From positions 64,001 to 128,000 of the forward strand of contig JBOEGF010000015.1 of NCBI GenBank assembly GCA_050633305.1: 64,000 nucleotides of DNA, given 5' to 3'. Positions within the stretch are counted from its first letter, which is position 1. The number at the start of each line of letters is the position of its first letter. Below, one piece after another: positions 48,904 to 58,739 of this stretch. This DNA comes from Nannocystales bacterium. GTDB lineage: Bacteria > Myxococcota_A > Polyangia > Nannocystales > Nannocystaceae. Both the position numbers and the translations under genes were made by a program. The notes under the pieces are model-generated. The model was not told the DNA's origin, searched no databases, and saw nothing but the letters and a program-made list of their open reading frames with translations.

Positions 48904-50237
48904 AAGTGGCCGAACGACACGTCGATCGAGCCCAGTCGCAACGTGTCGTCCACGTCGTTGACTCGAGCGAAGGCCTGCAACAGGGCCGACATGCTGTCGC
49001 CTTCCCGTTGGACCTCCAGCCATCCGAACTGGACGTGGCGATCGCTCCCATCGCTCGGGATGAACACGTCGACAAAGTCTCTCGCACCCGACTGTAGACG
49101 GACGATACCGCCAAGGTCAGCAGAGCCCAGGACCGCGGCGTACACCTCGACCCGAACCGGCACGAGCGACCGACCGGAAACGGAAAACTCGGGCGACGAC
49201 AGAGCCCAGTCCGCCGCATAGGCGCCGCCCTCCACCAGCCACCCCGGGTTGTCCGCGTCCCATGACGTCAGCGTGTTGTCGAAGATGTCGACGAGCGTGG
49301 TGCCGGAGAACTCCAACACCTGCTCAGTGCCGGCGACTACCGCCGCCGCATCCGGTTGCCATGCCGACCAACTGAGGATGTGCGGTCCGACGCGTTCCCG
49401 CTGGCGCTCCGCTACATCGAGTAGCCGCTCCGTTCCGAATCGAGGTTCGTTCGCACCAGCGGCATCGGTTTGCGGCCCAGGTGTTTGGCTCTGCTGTGGG
49501 ACCTCGCCCCCTATCTCGAAACCGTGGAGCGTGGACCCCTCGCCGTCGGTCACGTCGTCCACGTGGGCCAGGAACTTCTCGACGAGCACCAGGTCACCAA
49601 TCCGAGGCGCGCCGGATGTCTCGATCACGATGTCGACCTGCGGCCACTCCGAGTACCGCTCCACGATGTCGGGAGAGAACCCGAACAGCGTGGGAGCAAT
49701 CATGGTCACCGGATCAAGCTGTCGCACGTGTCCGAGCGCCGGCTGCGGTGCGTCGCCGTTCTCGAGCGGTGACGCATCCATCGTCCGAGAGTAGGTCCGG
49801 CCATCCGTGCCGCCGTCCCCCGTCCACGTCACCGTGACACGGACTCGGGCACCCACCCCGTCCCCGTTCCACGTGCCCCCGTCGTTTCGTTGGGTCTGAC
49901 CCGCTGGCACGTACCAGCCGCCGAGCTCCAGCACACTCCCCGCGGACGGTCGCACCCGGTGGGTTCCGACCGTCGTCCAACTGTTCCGCGGATAGGTCTG
50001 CGACCCGGCTCCGTCCGGACTGCCGGCATTCCCTGGCACAGCATAGGCCCCCGCGCCCAACAACGAGTGGGATGCCAATACGCGGACCGACGCATGCGCA
50101 ACGGTGTCCTGAGCCCCAAACACTGCCGCCACCGGGGGCCACCGACACAGCCGAAGCCCCGCAAGGGGCTCGACGGTAGGAACCGCCGTGGCCCGGTCGC
50201 CGGTAAGGGTGGTGGTCTTCTGCGTCCCGCTTGTCAT
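48900..50237 (-). CDS. Phage tail tip / minor tail protein
   Basis: Position, beta-rich, ATGA overlap with upstream gene. Confidence 0.6.
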   Translation of the reverse strand: MTSGTQKTTTLTGDRATAVPTVEPLAGLRLCRWPPVAAVFGAQDTVAHASVRVLASHSLLGAGAYAVPGNAGSPDGAGSQTYPRNSWTTVGTHRVRPSAGSVLELGGWYVPAGQTQRNDGGTWNGDGVGARVRVTVTWTGDGGTDGRTYSRTMDASPLENGDAPQPALGHVRQLDPVTMIAPTLFGFSPDIVERYSEWPQVDIVIETSGAPRIGDLVLVEKFLAHVDDVTDGEGSTLHGFEIGGEVPQQSQTPGPQTDAAGANEPRFGTERLLDVAERQRERVGPHILSWSAWQPDAAAVVAGTEQVLEFSGTTLVDIFDNTLTSWDADNPGWLVEGGAYAADWALSSPEFSVSGRSLVPVRVEVYAAVLGSADLGGIVRLQSGARDFVDVFIPSDGSDRHVQFGWLEVQREGDSMSALLQAFARVNDVDDTLRLGSIDVSFGHF

Positions 50238-51532
50238 CCGCCACCGAACCCTAGCGCCCCGTCATCCGCGGCAACGTGTCTCTGCGCCACATGCCAGTCC
50301 GAGATCTCAGCACTCGCGCTTTCGACATCGATGAAGGCGTCCTCCTCGGGGTTGAACAGGATCGCGAGCGCGAGCCATGTCCCCCCGAACCCGCGCGCCA
50401 ACTCGTGGTTGTCGTAGCCTCTTGCGAGCTGCAGGACTTCCCCGCCGAACACGTGCCCAGCGGGGTCACTCGTCGTGCGCCGAGCCTCGATGAAGCGGAT
50501 GTCGTTCAGCCACACCGAGAGCGGGTGTGTGTCGAACGAGTAGCAACGGATCGCCACCTCGACCTCGTCGGGCCCAGACGTGTAGACGTTCAAGTGGGCC
50601 CTCACCCAGGCCACCGCGGCGTCTTCACTCAGTGGTCGGTGGCGAAGTGTCGACCAATCGATCCCGAACCCAGACCCGTCGGGCACCAGAGCCGCCGCGT
50701 CCCCCGAGTCGAAAGAGTTGTGTTGCCAGCGTGCTGGGTCTGGGAAGCGCTCGTTGACCAAGGGGGAGAGAGAGCGCCGGCGGTGTCGTAGGTGCGAGGT
50801 GCCGGACCACTGCGCGGCCAGCCCGAAGAACTCCCCCGCCGCCCCCATACCCGAGGCGAATGGCATCGGCGGAAGCTGGCGGACGGTCATGCCATCCGCC
50901 GCGGGGGCAGGCTCTGCGAGCACGGTGCCCCAGTCGTGTTCAAGCGTGGACAGGGTGGCGACGTCCCGGTCGTAGCCCATGGCCAAGATGGTCCCCTCGT
51001 ACGCAGAGGTTCCCGAGCTGTCGATCGCACCGAAGTAGGCGGTCGCGGTGGTCGTCGCCTTCTCCGCGTGGGTGAACCAGTGCGAGCTCACGGAGCCCGT
51101 GTCCTCGTTCTCCACGGACAACACCGAGAGCATGGCGTCCGACGCCCCCGTAGTCGCGGGGTTCGGCATCGTTGTCCAAAGCACACGAGCCGTCTCGGCC
51201 GCCATGATGTCGACCTCGCGCCACGTGGCCGTGACCACGTTGTTCAACACGACGGTCAACTCTCCGCTGTCGATGCTGAGTGACTCACTGGCCGCCCCGG
51301 TGCCATGCCGCCACAGCGTCCCCACGTCACCGTCGGCGGTCGCCAGGATTCTAAACCGCAGGCTCCGGCGTCCCACCCCGGCGAGCCGCACTGTGGCTGA
51401 CTCGTAGACAACGTTCGTGCCCACCGTCAGGTCCGTCTCGTGCTGAGACAGATCCGTGGAAAGTGTGCCCTGGGCGTAGAACGCCGTGCAAAATCGGGCG
51501 CCGCGTTGGTCTCCTGTTTCTCGGACTGGCAT
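50234..51532 (-). CDS. Phage minor tail protein, possible LamG/ConA-like domain
   Basis: Beta-sandwich-like pattern (YFGAIDSSGTSAYEGTI); position. Confidence 0.55.
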   Translation of the reverse strand: MPVRETGDQRGARFCTAFYAQGTLSTDLSQHETDLTVGTNVVYESATVRLAGVGRRSLRFRILATADGDVGTLWRHGTGAASESLSIDSGELTVVLNNVVTATWREVDIMAAETARVLWTTMPNPATTGASDAMLSVLSVENEDTGSVSSHWFTHAEKATTTATAYFGAIDSSGTSAYEGTILAMGYDRDVATLSTLEHDWGTVLAEPAPAADGMTVRQLPPMPFASGMGAAGEFFGLAAQWSGTSHLRHRRRSLSPLVNERFPDPARWQHNSFDSGDAAALVPDGSGFGIDWSTLRHRPLSEDAAVAWVRAHLNVYTSGPDEVEVAIRCYSFDTHPLSVWLNDIRFIEARRTTSDPAGHVFGGEVLQLARGYDNHELARGFGGTWLALAILFNPEEDAFIDVESASAEISDWHVAQRHVAADDGALGFGGG

Positions 51533-54500
51533 TCAGTCGCTCCACTTCGAGCTCGCTACGGCGCCGCCACCGAACAACCCCGATTCATCACCGATCACCG
51601 CGATGTGCTGCAGGGCCCACGCTGCGGTCTGATTCTCGTGCTCGCGTGGGACGATCCAACACGGCATGTCGCGATAGTAGGTTCCCACCGGCGGCCCGGA
51701 CAGTTGCACCCGCGAACTGCCGGGCGTCGTCGTCACGCCCGCGACGGTTTGCGTCCACGCCTCGATCATCGTCTGGCCGTCCCACTGCATCCCCTTGACG
51801 TCGAGCATCCCGCCCGCGTCCGACCAGTCCGGCTCAAGTAGGCGCGACGCGTCCGACCAATCACCGCCGAGTCCCTGCCAGTCGTCGAAGACGAGCACCT
51901 CATTGGTGTCGGTGTCGAATCCGTAGCCCAAGACCGATGGGGCCATGACCGAGAAGGGGCGCGACGAATCGGCCTGCACCAGGATGTCGACCTCGAGGTT
52001 CTTCGTCGCGCAGTTCTCCCGCTTGCGGGTGACGATGCCGATCTGGCCGTCGATACTGTAGGTCCCGTCCTGTGACACGCCGCGAGGTTCCGTCAGTCGG
52101 ACGATAGTCCCGGGAAAGATGCGCTCGCCTACGAGGCGTGACAATACGGGCCAGCCCTGCACGCTCAGGTGGCGCTTCTCCCAGAATCGAGCGATCGCCG
52201 TTCGTCGAGACCTCCAACCGTCAAGGCTCCGAATCCCCTTCGGACCCATCTTGTATGGGACTCCGTCTGACCGATACCGCACGCCGCGGTCGTTCGCCCG
52301 GATCTCCTCTTTCCGTGTGAACTCTGCCGCGGCGGGGTCGTACCGGAAGGAGACTTCAAACGTATCGACAGGCCGGTACACGCGTAGTCGCTGTGTAGTC
52401 TGTGAGACGCGATGCTCCTCGGGGGCCTTGCTCGCCTGCGTCAAGGTCACCTCGACATCCTCTGGCTCGAACCGGTCGAGCAACGTCACAACCCCGTACT
52501 GCGCGCCGTGGAGCGACGGGACCATGCCGTAGAACCGGAGCCACTGCTCGATGACCTCCGAGGCGCTCACCCCAGGCGTCACGAGCATGCCAAGCCTCCG
52601 ATACGCCCCCGCCGGGAGTTTTGCGAACTCGCTGCGCCAGTCTGCGATCGGTGCAACGAGTTGCCCAGGGATCGCTAGGCCGAGGTCCCGAACCTCAGCG
52701 TCAAAGCTTCCAGGACCATCCGGCTCGTTTGCTGTCTGGTCGAGCGTCGCCCCGGGGTCGCCCTCGAAGCCCGACCACCCGGTCGAAGCGCCCGTGGTCA
52801 GCATGAGCCGTAGGATCTCGTCTTCCGCCCGGTCGTCGAACCCGTGTTCGCTGTGACCAAGTCGGAAGATTGGCCGGGCTCGAACAAGGTTCTCCGGGTC
52901 GTTCTGTACGATGGCCCAGTCGAAGCCAGACTCTGGAATCGAATCACGGTCGATGCCAAAACGGCGAGGGTCAAGCCACCGGGTCAGCGTCACGTCAGCA
53001 TCGACGCCGGCGCCAATGCTGCCCGGGAATGTCCCTTCCACCCACGTCCCCACAACGACCTGGGTCTCGTCCTCCACTTCTCCAATCGCGGTGGACCGTG
53101 GCCCCTCGAGTAGCAAGAGACCTTGCACGAGTTCGCCCGGCCCGATGTCGGTAGGCGGTCGGTCTAGTTGACCAGTGTGCCGAACAATGCCGCCTCCCGC
53201 CGGCGACAGTCGGATCACCGTCCCACCGTTGAGAGCAGATGGCAGAACGGACAGTCCACCGGGATAGAGAGGCGGATATAGCCGCTCGGTCCCTTGGTTG
53301 TCGTACGAACCAGGCTGAATGTTTTCGTCGTCGACCATGTGCCCCGCGGTGGAGAACTTCAGAGCGAAGAATCGCGGGCCCGGTGGTTCCGTCGGCTCTG
53401 TCCACAGAGAACTGCCTGGGGGGAAACCATCCCCTGCTTGGTCGAGGTCCGTCGACCATGGCAGCCCTTCGACGGGCAATCCAGCCGGGTTCACCTGCCG
53501 GTGCTGGATCACGGGGTCGTACCCGCACGACCTCCAGACAGTCTCGTGCATACACAGCTCGAGAACAGGGACGCGGGCTCCGAGGACACCTCCCGCCTCG
53601 TTGTCGATACGTATCGCGACCCCGTCGTCCGAGAAGCGCACTCGCTGGCCGTCGAAGTCATTGAAGGCGCCGTCAGGGCCAGCCGCGGATGCTGCCGAAG
53701 ATACGATGGTCGAGATAGCCGAGATCAGGCCAGATGGGTCGTCGAAGGAAGCTGGAAGAACTTCGGAGAAGTCCGTCGAGCCACCATAAGTCCTCCTGTT
53801 CGTGCTCGGGTCGCTCGCCTGATAGCTACGCAAGAACAACGCGACCCGTCTCTCGGGGTCCGTGAGGGATATCGGTCGACGAACTGAGACCCCCTCATCC
53901 CGACTCAGCGTCCCGAGTTGCCCCCCCAAATACGAATCAGGGCCGCGGCACTCGAGCGACCACCGGGACCCGTCGACTGTGCCGCCGTCTTCGAGCTCCC
54001 CCCACCACAGCCGCACCGACTCTGACCACGGTTGCCACCCTTGAGATCGGTCGTTGGGGTACGTGACGCGGTCGCGGTAGACCCTCCACAGCGAGCACCG
54101 CCGGCCTCGATATACAATGGGCACCTCGGAGACCAGCGCCGCTGCGAGGTCAGCATTCTCGTAGTCGGCCCCGAGGTGCTGGTCGCCGATGGACCAGCCA
54201 GGGAACGCGGACCAGTACGCTCGCTGCCCCGCGGGCCCGATGCGCTCGGTCCCCACGTGTCGGTCGAACAGGCTGGCGTTCCCGAGGTTCGTGTCGCCGG
54301 CCTCGACGGTGAGGTCCAGAGGCTCCTCGGACTCATGCCAGGCCCGGAACAGCGCCGCGAGATAGCCACCCCCCGCAATGTCGCGCTGGTCCTGCAACTC
54401 CACCGTCATGCGGAAGTCATCGATCCGCGAGTCGAGGACGTCGATGCCCAGCTCGTACGATGGCGGGGTCAGCCCCACCCACACCGGCCGACCGTCGCCG

Positions 54501-54619
54501 AAGTAGTCGGCCTGAGACGCCAGCTCGGGGACGTTGGTCCATGCTCCGACTCCCCCGACGACGAAGAGGAATGCCGTGTCTGCAGACTCTAGTTCGCGCA
54601 GTGCTTCGGTGTCAGGCAT
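51533..54619 (-). CDS. Large tail tip / hub protein (~1028 aa)
   Basis: Size and position downstream of tape measure; IFPGTIVRLT OB-like segment; start at MPDTEAL. Confidence 0.65.
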   Translation of the reverse strand: MPDTEALRELESADTAFLFVVGGVGAWTNVPELASQADYFGDGRPVWVGLTPPSYELGIDVLDSRIDDFRMTVELQDQRDIAGGGYLAALFRAWHESEEPLDLTVEAGDTNLGNASLFDRHVGTERIGPAGQRAYWSAFPGWSIGDQHLGADYENADLAAALVSEVPIVYRGRRCSLWRVYRDRVTYPNDRSQGWQPWSESVRLWWGELEDGGTVDGSRWSLECRGPDSYLGGQLGTLSRDEGVSVRRPISLTDPERRVALFLRSYQASDPSTNRRTYGGSTDFSEVLPASFDDPSGLISAISTIVSSAASAAGPDGAFNDFDGQRVRFSDDGVAIRIDNEAGGVLGARVPVLELCMHETVWRSCGYDPVIQHRQVNPAGLPVEGLPWSTDLDQAGDGFPPGSSLWTEPTEPPGPRFFALKFSTAGHMVDDENIQPGSYDNQGTERLYPPLYPGGLSVLPSALNGGTVIRLSPAGGGIVRHTGQLDRPPTDIGPGELVQGLLLLEGPRSTAIGEVEDETQVVVGTWVEGTFPGSIGAGVDADVTLTRWLDPRRFGIDRDSIPESGFDWAIVQNDPENLVRARPIFRLGHSEHGFDDRAEDEILRLMLTTGASTGWSGFEGDPGATLDQTANEPDGPGSFDAEVRDLGLAIPGQLVAPIADWRSEFAKLPAGAYRRLGMLVTPGVSASEVIEQWLRFYGMVPSLHGAQYGVVTLLDRFEPEDVEVTLTQASKAPEEHRVSQTTQRLRVYRPVDTFEVSFRYDPAAAEFTRKEEIRANDRGVRYRSDGVPYKMGPKGIRSLDGWRSRRTAIARFWEKRHLSVQGWPVLSRLVGERIFPGTIVRLTEPRGVSQDGTYSIDGQIGIVTRKRENCATKNLEVDILVQADSSRPFSVMAPSVLGYGFDTDTNEVLVFDDWQGLGGDWSDASRLLEPDWSDAGGMLDVKGMQWDGQTMIEAWTQTVAGVTTTPGSSRVQLSGPPVGTYYRDMPCWIVPREHENQTAAWALQHIAVIGDESGLFGGGAVASSKWSD

Positions 54620-55412
54620 TGGCGGGGTACTCCGGTTGCTCGATGGCCTCGACGTCGATGGCCCACCGCGTGTTCGCGTTCCGAATCTCCCGATCGTAGC
54701 GACCTCGAGGAAGGGCCCGGCGCTTGTAGGTCCCCAGCGGCGTCGGCCATGAGACCAGGTCCAAGGCCCCAGGCGCAGCATCCTCGGTGACCGACTCGTA
54801 GACCTGGAACCGGTAGTTCGGTCGCAACACCAACTCACGGAACCGGTGCCAGGTCCCCCCCTTCATCAGGTCGGATGTCACGTCCGATGCGCGGACCCTG
54901 GATGCCATGACCTGCGACCAGGCAAACTCGTTGTGGGTCTGGACGTTGTGGAACTCCGAGTCGACGATCGTCCCGTCTGCGGAGATCTGCGTGTGCTCGT
55001 CCTCAACGGGGTAGCCCGCCTGCCCATCGCCCACTGGAGTCGTCGCGAGCCAACCTGCGGAGAACAGCAAGGGAGAAATCGCGGGTGCGACGTGGACCAT
55101 GTCGACCCCCAGCGCCACGCCCGAAAACCCCAACAGGCCCGGAAGGTCGGGGCCGTTGGTCCAGGTCAGCGAGAACGGGACGGTGCTGGAAATCTCAACG
55201 AGCCGGTCGGGGCGGATGCGAATCAACGCGTTCCCAAGCTCGGCCGAGATCACTGCGTCAAGCTGGCCAATCAGGCTCAGCGCGGCGTTTGGGTGGCGTA
55301 GGTACCAGTTACCGGCGGGGACGGTGTCCGTGTCGCCGCCATTGACCGTCACGCCCTGGGCGGCCAACCCCTCGATAGAGCCGACCAGCCACGTTGCAGG
55401 AATCGCGGGCAC
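54612..55412 (-). CDS. Distal-tail-like protein
   Basis: Directly after tape measure gene. Confidence 0.55.
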   Translation of the reverse strand: MPAIPATWLVGSIEGLAAQGVTVNGGDTDTVPAGNWYLRHPNAALSLIGQLDAVISAELGNALIRIRPDRLVEISSTVPFSLTWTNGPDLPGLLGFSGVALGVDMVHVAPAISPLLFSAGWLATTPVGDGQAGYPVEDEHTQISADGTIVDSEFHNVQTHNEFAWSQVMASRVRASDVTSDLMKGGTWHRFRELVLRPNYRFQVYESVTEDAAPGALDLVSWPTPLGTYKRRALPRGRYDREIRNANTRWAIDVEAIEQPEYPANA

Positions 55413-55436
55413 ACACCCACGCTGCGGTAGCGCGGG

Positions 55437-57680
55437 CTACGCCACACGAATCCCGCGGCCGCGCGCCTGGTCGCGCTGCATTCGCGTCACCATCTCGACG
55501 GTGTCGGGCGTGACCATCCGTGCGTGGAGTTCCGTCACAAACGTGTTGCCGCCCCCCGCGTTCGGGTCCCTCCGGTCCTTCGAGATGGGGTCTCCGATCG
55601 CCGTGTTCTGGCTCTGCTGAGACACCGGGACCGAGACGTCCGAGGACGGCCCCGACCTGCCGCGTGAAGAACCTTGAGAGCTTCGACCCCCGGAGGACCC
55701 TCCCGCCGAACCTCCGCCTCCGAGGCTCCCGACGTTGCCGCTCATCAGCATTCCACCCCGCGCGAACGCAAGGGCGGCTGCAGACGTGTGCATCGCACCC
55801 TGGACGTAGTTGAACGAGGCGAACGCCGCTGCAGCTTTGACCGTCTCGAGTGCGCCGATCGTGAGGGACTGAACTCCTGCAGCCCGCTGCATGAACTGGG
55901 CTTTCCGCTTCTCCCCCTTGATCGTCTCGTTCGCGGCGAGCTTCGCAATCTCGCTGGAGTTGAGCGCGATGGTGTTGGCTCCCTGTGCAACCTGGGTGGA
56001 CGACTTGAGGTTGGCCAGGCGCTTGCGCTCCACTTCTTCCTCGTCGTTGATCTGCTCCTGTAACCAGCGACGGTTCGTTTCCTTCGCATGCTCGCGGGCG
56101 CGCAGGTCCTCCTCCATCCGTCGCAGGTTCCGGTCGTGCATCGCCTGGTCGCGCTGGTCCTTGGCGACGATCAGCGCAGCCTCGTCTTGGTCACGCTGCG
56201 CCCTCTCGACCGCGATCTCAGCCTGTCGAAGTCGCGCCCGCTCGTCCGCCTCGAGCAGAGCCCGGTTGTTGTTCTCGCGCATCGCCACCACCTCGGCGCG
56301 ACGGCGTTCCCGGCCGATCTCTCGCTCGATCTCGGCGTCCTGGATGCCGTCGACATGCCGCTGCTGCTCGGACGAGTCCACCGAAGTCGGTCCGTCGAAC
56401 CCCCGGCCGAGAGCCTGCGCCGGCTTCCGCCCACGCCCCCCCCGGCTGTGGCTCTCCCTTGCGTTCTTCTCCGCCTCCTTCGCCAGCTCGACCAGGGCAG
56501 CGCCCGCGTCTTTCGCCCCGTCGGCCACGGTCCGCCACGCCTTCGACAGAGCCCCGGGCGGCGCCGACCCCATCCGGGCCTTGTCGAGACCCAACTGCAG
56601 CGCACCGCCAATGCCTCCCACGCCCCCTCGCATGTTGATCGTGGGCATGTTTCCCATGAGCCCCGAGATCGTCCGCGAGTGCGTCTCCCAGTCCATCAGG
56701 AACGGGATCAGCTCACTGTTCCCGAGGGTGGCCATCGCGACCATCTGGCGGCCCAATCCCGAGGTCGCGTCCCCGAGTTCGTCCACCCGCTCGGCAGCGT
56801 CCTTCGACGACGTGTCGGCATCCGCCAGGACGTCGACCATGCTGCGTTCAACCTCGATCCGGAACTCGCGCAGCTGAATCGGCACAGAGTTTAGTCCGCG
56901 CCCCAGGGCATCGAACGCGTCGATCGCCTTGTTCTTCGCGCGCTCGAAGCTGAACGCCATCCCGTCCTGCCCCTTGCCAGCGATCTCAGCCTGCTCGCCC
57001 ATGGCGCGCAGAACCTCGTTGTAGGCAATCTGCTGACGCTCAGCGAGACCGATCTGCGTCGTGCTCCGGCCGGTTGCTCGAGCAACCTCGTCGAGCAGCT
57101 TCGCGTTGTCGGTGTTGAGCCCGATCGCGCGCAACCGGTCGACGTTTCCTTTCGCGATCGCCTTGCTCACCGCGTCCCACGAGGTGACCAGGTCTTTCTT
57201 GTTCTTATCCGCGACCGTCGCTGTCAGCCCAGACAGCTTGTTCATCTGGTCTTGAGTGAGCTTGAGGCTCGTCGACTGCAGCAGTGCAGCGCCGGCGGCC
57301 GCCTCATGCTGCGTCGTCATGTTGTCCATCGCCGCGGTGATCTCCTCCATGGAGAACCGCAGGTCGGTGGTGACGTTGACGCTGTCGATGATCCGGCTGT
57401 TCCAGGCTCCGTACGCCGCCGTTGCACCGGTGATCGCGAACACCATGCCCGCTGGCCCCGCGATGGCGTTGCTCAGGCTCTTGACCTGGGCGCCCATCCC
57501 CTGGCCCGCCTTGGACGCACGGGCCAGCTTAGCCGCTTGCTTGTCGAGGGCCACATTCGACCGCTCGACGCTGCGCTCGAACTTGTCGGTCCGCTGTGCG
57601 AGGGCCTGAACCTCACGGTTGGCGCTTCGGGCGTTGCCCTTCACCGTCAGGGTCGCGCTGTGGTTGCCTTCACGTGCCAT
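55437..57680 (-). CDS. Tail tape measure protein
   Basis: 747 aa Ala/Gly-rich helical, follows frameshifted chaperone pair. Confidence 0.85.
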   Translation of the reverse strand: MAREGNHSATLTVKGNARSANREVQALAQRTDKFERSVERSNVALDKQAAKLARASKAGQGMGAQVKSLSNAIAGPAGMVFAITGATAAYGAWNSRIIDSVNVTTDLRFSMEEITAAMDNMTTQHEAAAGAALLQSTSLKLTQDQMNKLSGLTATVADKNKKDLVTSWDAVSKAIAKGNVDRLRAIGLNTDNAKLLDEVARATGRSTTQIGLAERQQIAYNEVLRAMGEQAEIAGKGQDGMAFSFERAKNKAIDAFDALGRGLNSVPIQLREFRIEVERSMVDVLADADTSSKDAAERVDELGDATSGLGRQMVAMATLGNSELIPFLMDWETHSRTISGLMGNMPTINMRGGVGGIGGALQLGLDKARMGSAPPGALSKAWRTVADGAKDAGAALVELAKEAEKNARESHSRGGRGRKPAQALGRGFDGPTSVDSSEQQRHVDGIQDAEIEREIGRERRRAEVVAMRENNNRALLEADERARLRQAEIAVERAQRDQDEAALIVAKDQRDQAMHDRNLRRMEEDLRAREHAKETNRRWLQEQINDEEEVERKRLANLKSSTQVAQGANTIALNSSEIAKLAANETIKGEKRKAQFMQRAAGVQSLTIGALETVKAAAAFASFNYVQGAMHTSAAALAFARGGMLMSGNVGSLGGGGSAGGSSGGRSSQGSSRGRSGPSSDVSVPVSQQSQNTAIGDPISKDRRDPNAGGGNTFVTELHARMVTPDTVEMVTRMQRDQARGRGIRVA

Positions 57681-58146
57681 TCTTCTTCTGCTCCTCGCGT
57701 TCGGCTCGGAGGTGCTCAGCGCTGCACGCGTCTTGCTCCCCCTCGTAGTAGGTCAGGGCGCGGAGGGCGAGAATCGATGGCGGTTCGTTCTCGAGGAGAA
57801 TGTTCGCCACCCTCCCACCGTTCGAGTCGCGCCGGCGGTAGTAGGGCCAGAGGGACCCGACCAGACGACACCGCTGGTCCCCACCCGGGCAACCGTCCTC
57901 AAGCGGCTCGACGGGGCGTTCGATGTTCCCCTTTGGGTCCCGGCCCAGGTGGAACGAGACGAGGTCCTCGGACACGTCCCACAGCACCGGCGGCAGGTCC
58001 CGACGCGAACACCCGCGAGCTCGGCGGGCGCTGTCGTTCCAGGACCCGTCAGGCCGCTGGCAGTGCTGCTCGCAGACCCAGGGGTTCTCTACTTCGCCGG
58101 CGCCGCCGCGGAGCTCTCGCCAAGCGGCCCGGCGGAGGGCTTTTTT
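57670..58146 (-). CDS. Tail assembly chaperone -1 frameshift extension (gpT-like)
   Basis: The -1 frame is open from the slippery site (KKALRRAAWREL...) into ORF 57670-57987. Confidence 0.8.
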   Translation of the reverse strand, partial: KKALRRAAWRELRGGAGEVENPWVCEQHCQRPDGSWNDSARRARGCSRRDLPPVLWDVSEDLVSFHLGRDPKGNIERPVEPLEDGCPGGDQRCRLVGSLWPYYRRRDSNGGRVANILLENEPPSILALRALTYYEGEQDACSAEHLRAEREEQKKNGT

Positions 58147-58739
58147 TCCTCCTCCGAGAGGTCGCGCGACAGGTTCAGGATCGCGTGGCCGACCACTTCG
58201 GGGATCTCGTAGGCGATCTGCTGCACCGCCTCAAGCAACGCTTCGTCGGTGGGTTTGGCTCCGTCTTGAACGGTGCCCGCTCTCGCGCGCAGCAACTTGT
58301 CGAGGGCCACGGACTTCTCGTCCCGCGGACCCTGCAGCCCCACACACGCCACCAGCCAAGACGCGGACGCCGCCTGGTCCCACTGTCCCGCGCTCTGCAT
58401 GGCTGACGCGGCCTGGACCTCCGCCATCGAGAGCGGACGGATCAGCCACTCCTCCGGGTGCTTGTTGCGGTCGAGGTACACATCGACTCCCTCGGCCTGC
58501 AGGTCGAACCGCGTCAGGCCCAGCCAGTAGCGTCGGACGACATGAGCCGTGGGCCCCTGGAATGCTGGGCTCTCCCGCATCCGCTGGGCTTTGTCGGCCG
58601 GGGGCTTGTACCCGGCCGCCTTCTCGATCTCGGCGGTCTCCCTCTCGATGCGGGCCATGTCCCACGCCGAGTCGTTGCGGGGAACGAAGACGTGCGGGCC
58701 GGTCGCAGAGTGCGATGGCGCGAACCTTTGCCGCGCCAT
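58089..58739 (-). CDS. Tail assembly chaperone (gpG-like)
   Basis: Start overlaps tube stop (TGATG); ends ...LSEEEKKPSAGP...; slippery A AAA AAG. Confidence 0.8.
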   Translation of the reverse strand: MARQRFAPSHSATGPHVFVPRNDSAWDMARIERETAEIEKAAGYKPPADKAQRMRESPAFQGPTAHVVRRYWLGLTRFDLQAEGVDVYLDRNKHPEEWLIRPLSMAEVQAASAMQSAGQWDQAASASWLVACVGLQGPRDEKSVALDKLLRARAGTVQDGAKPTDEALLEAVQQIAYEIPEVVGHAILNLSRDLSEEEKKPSAGPLGESSAAAPAK

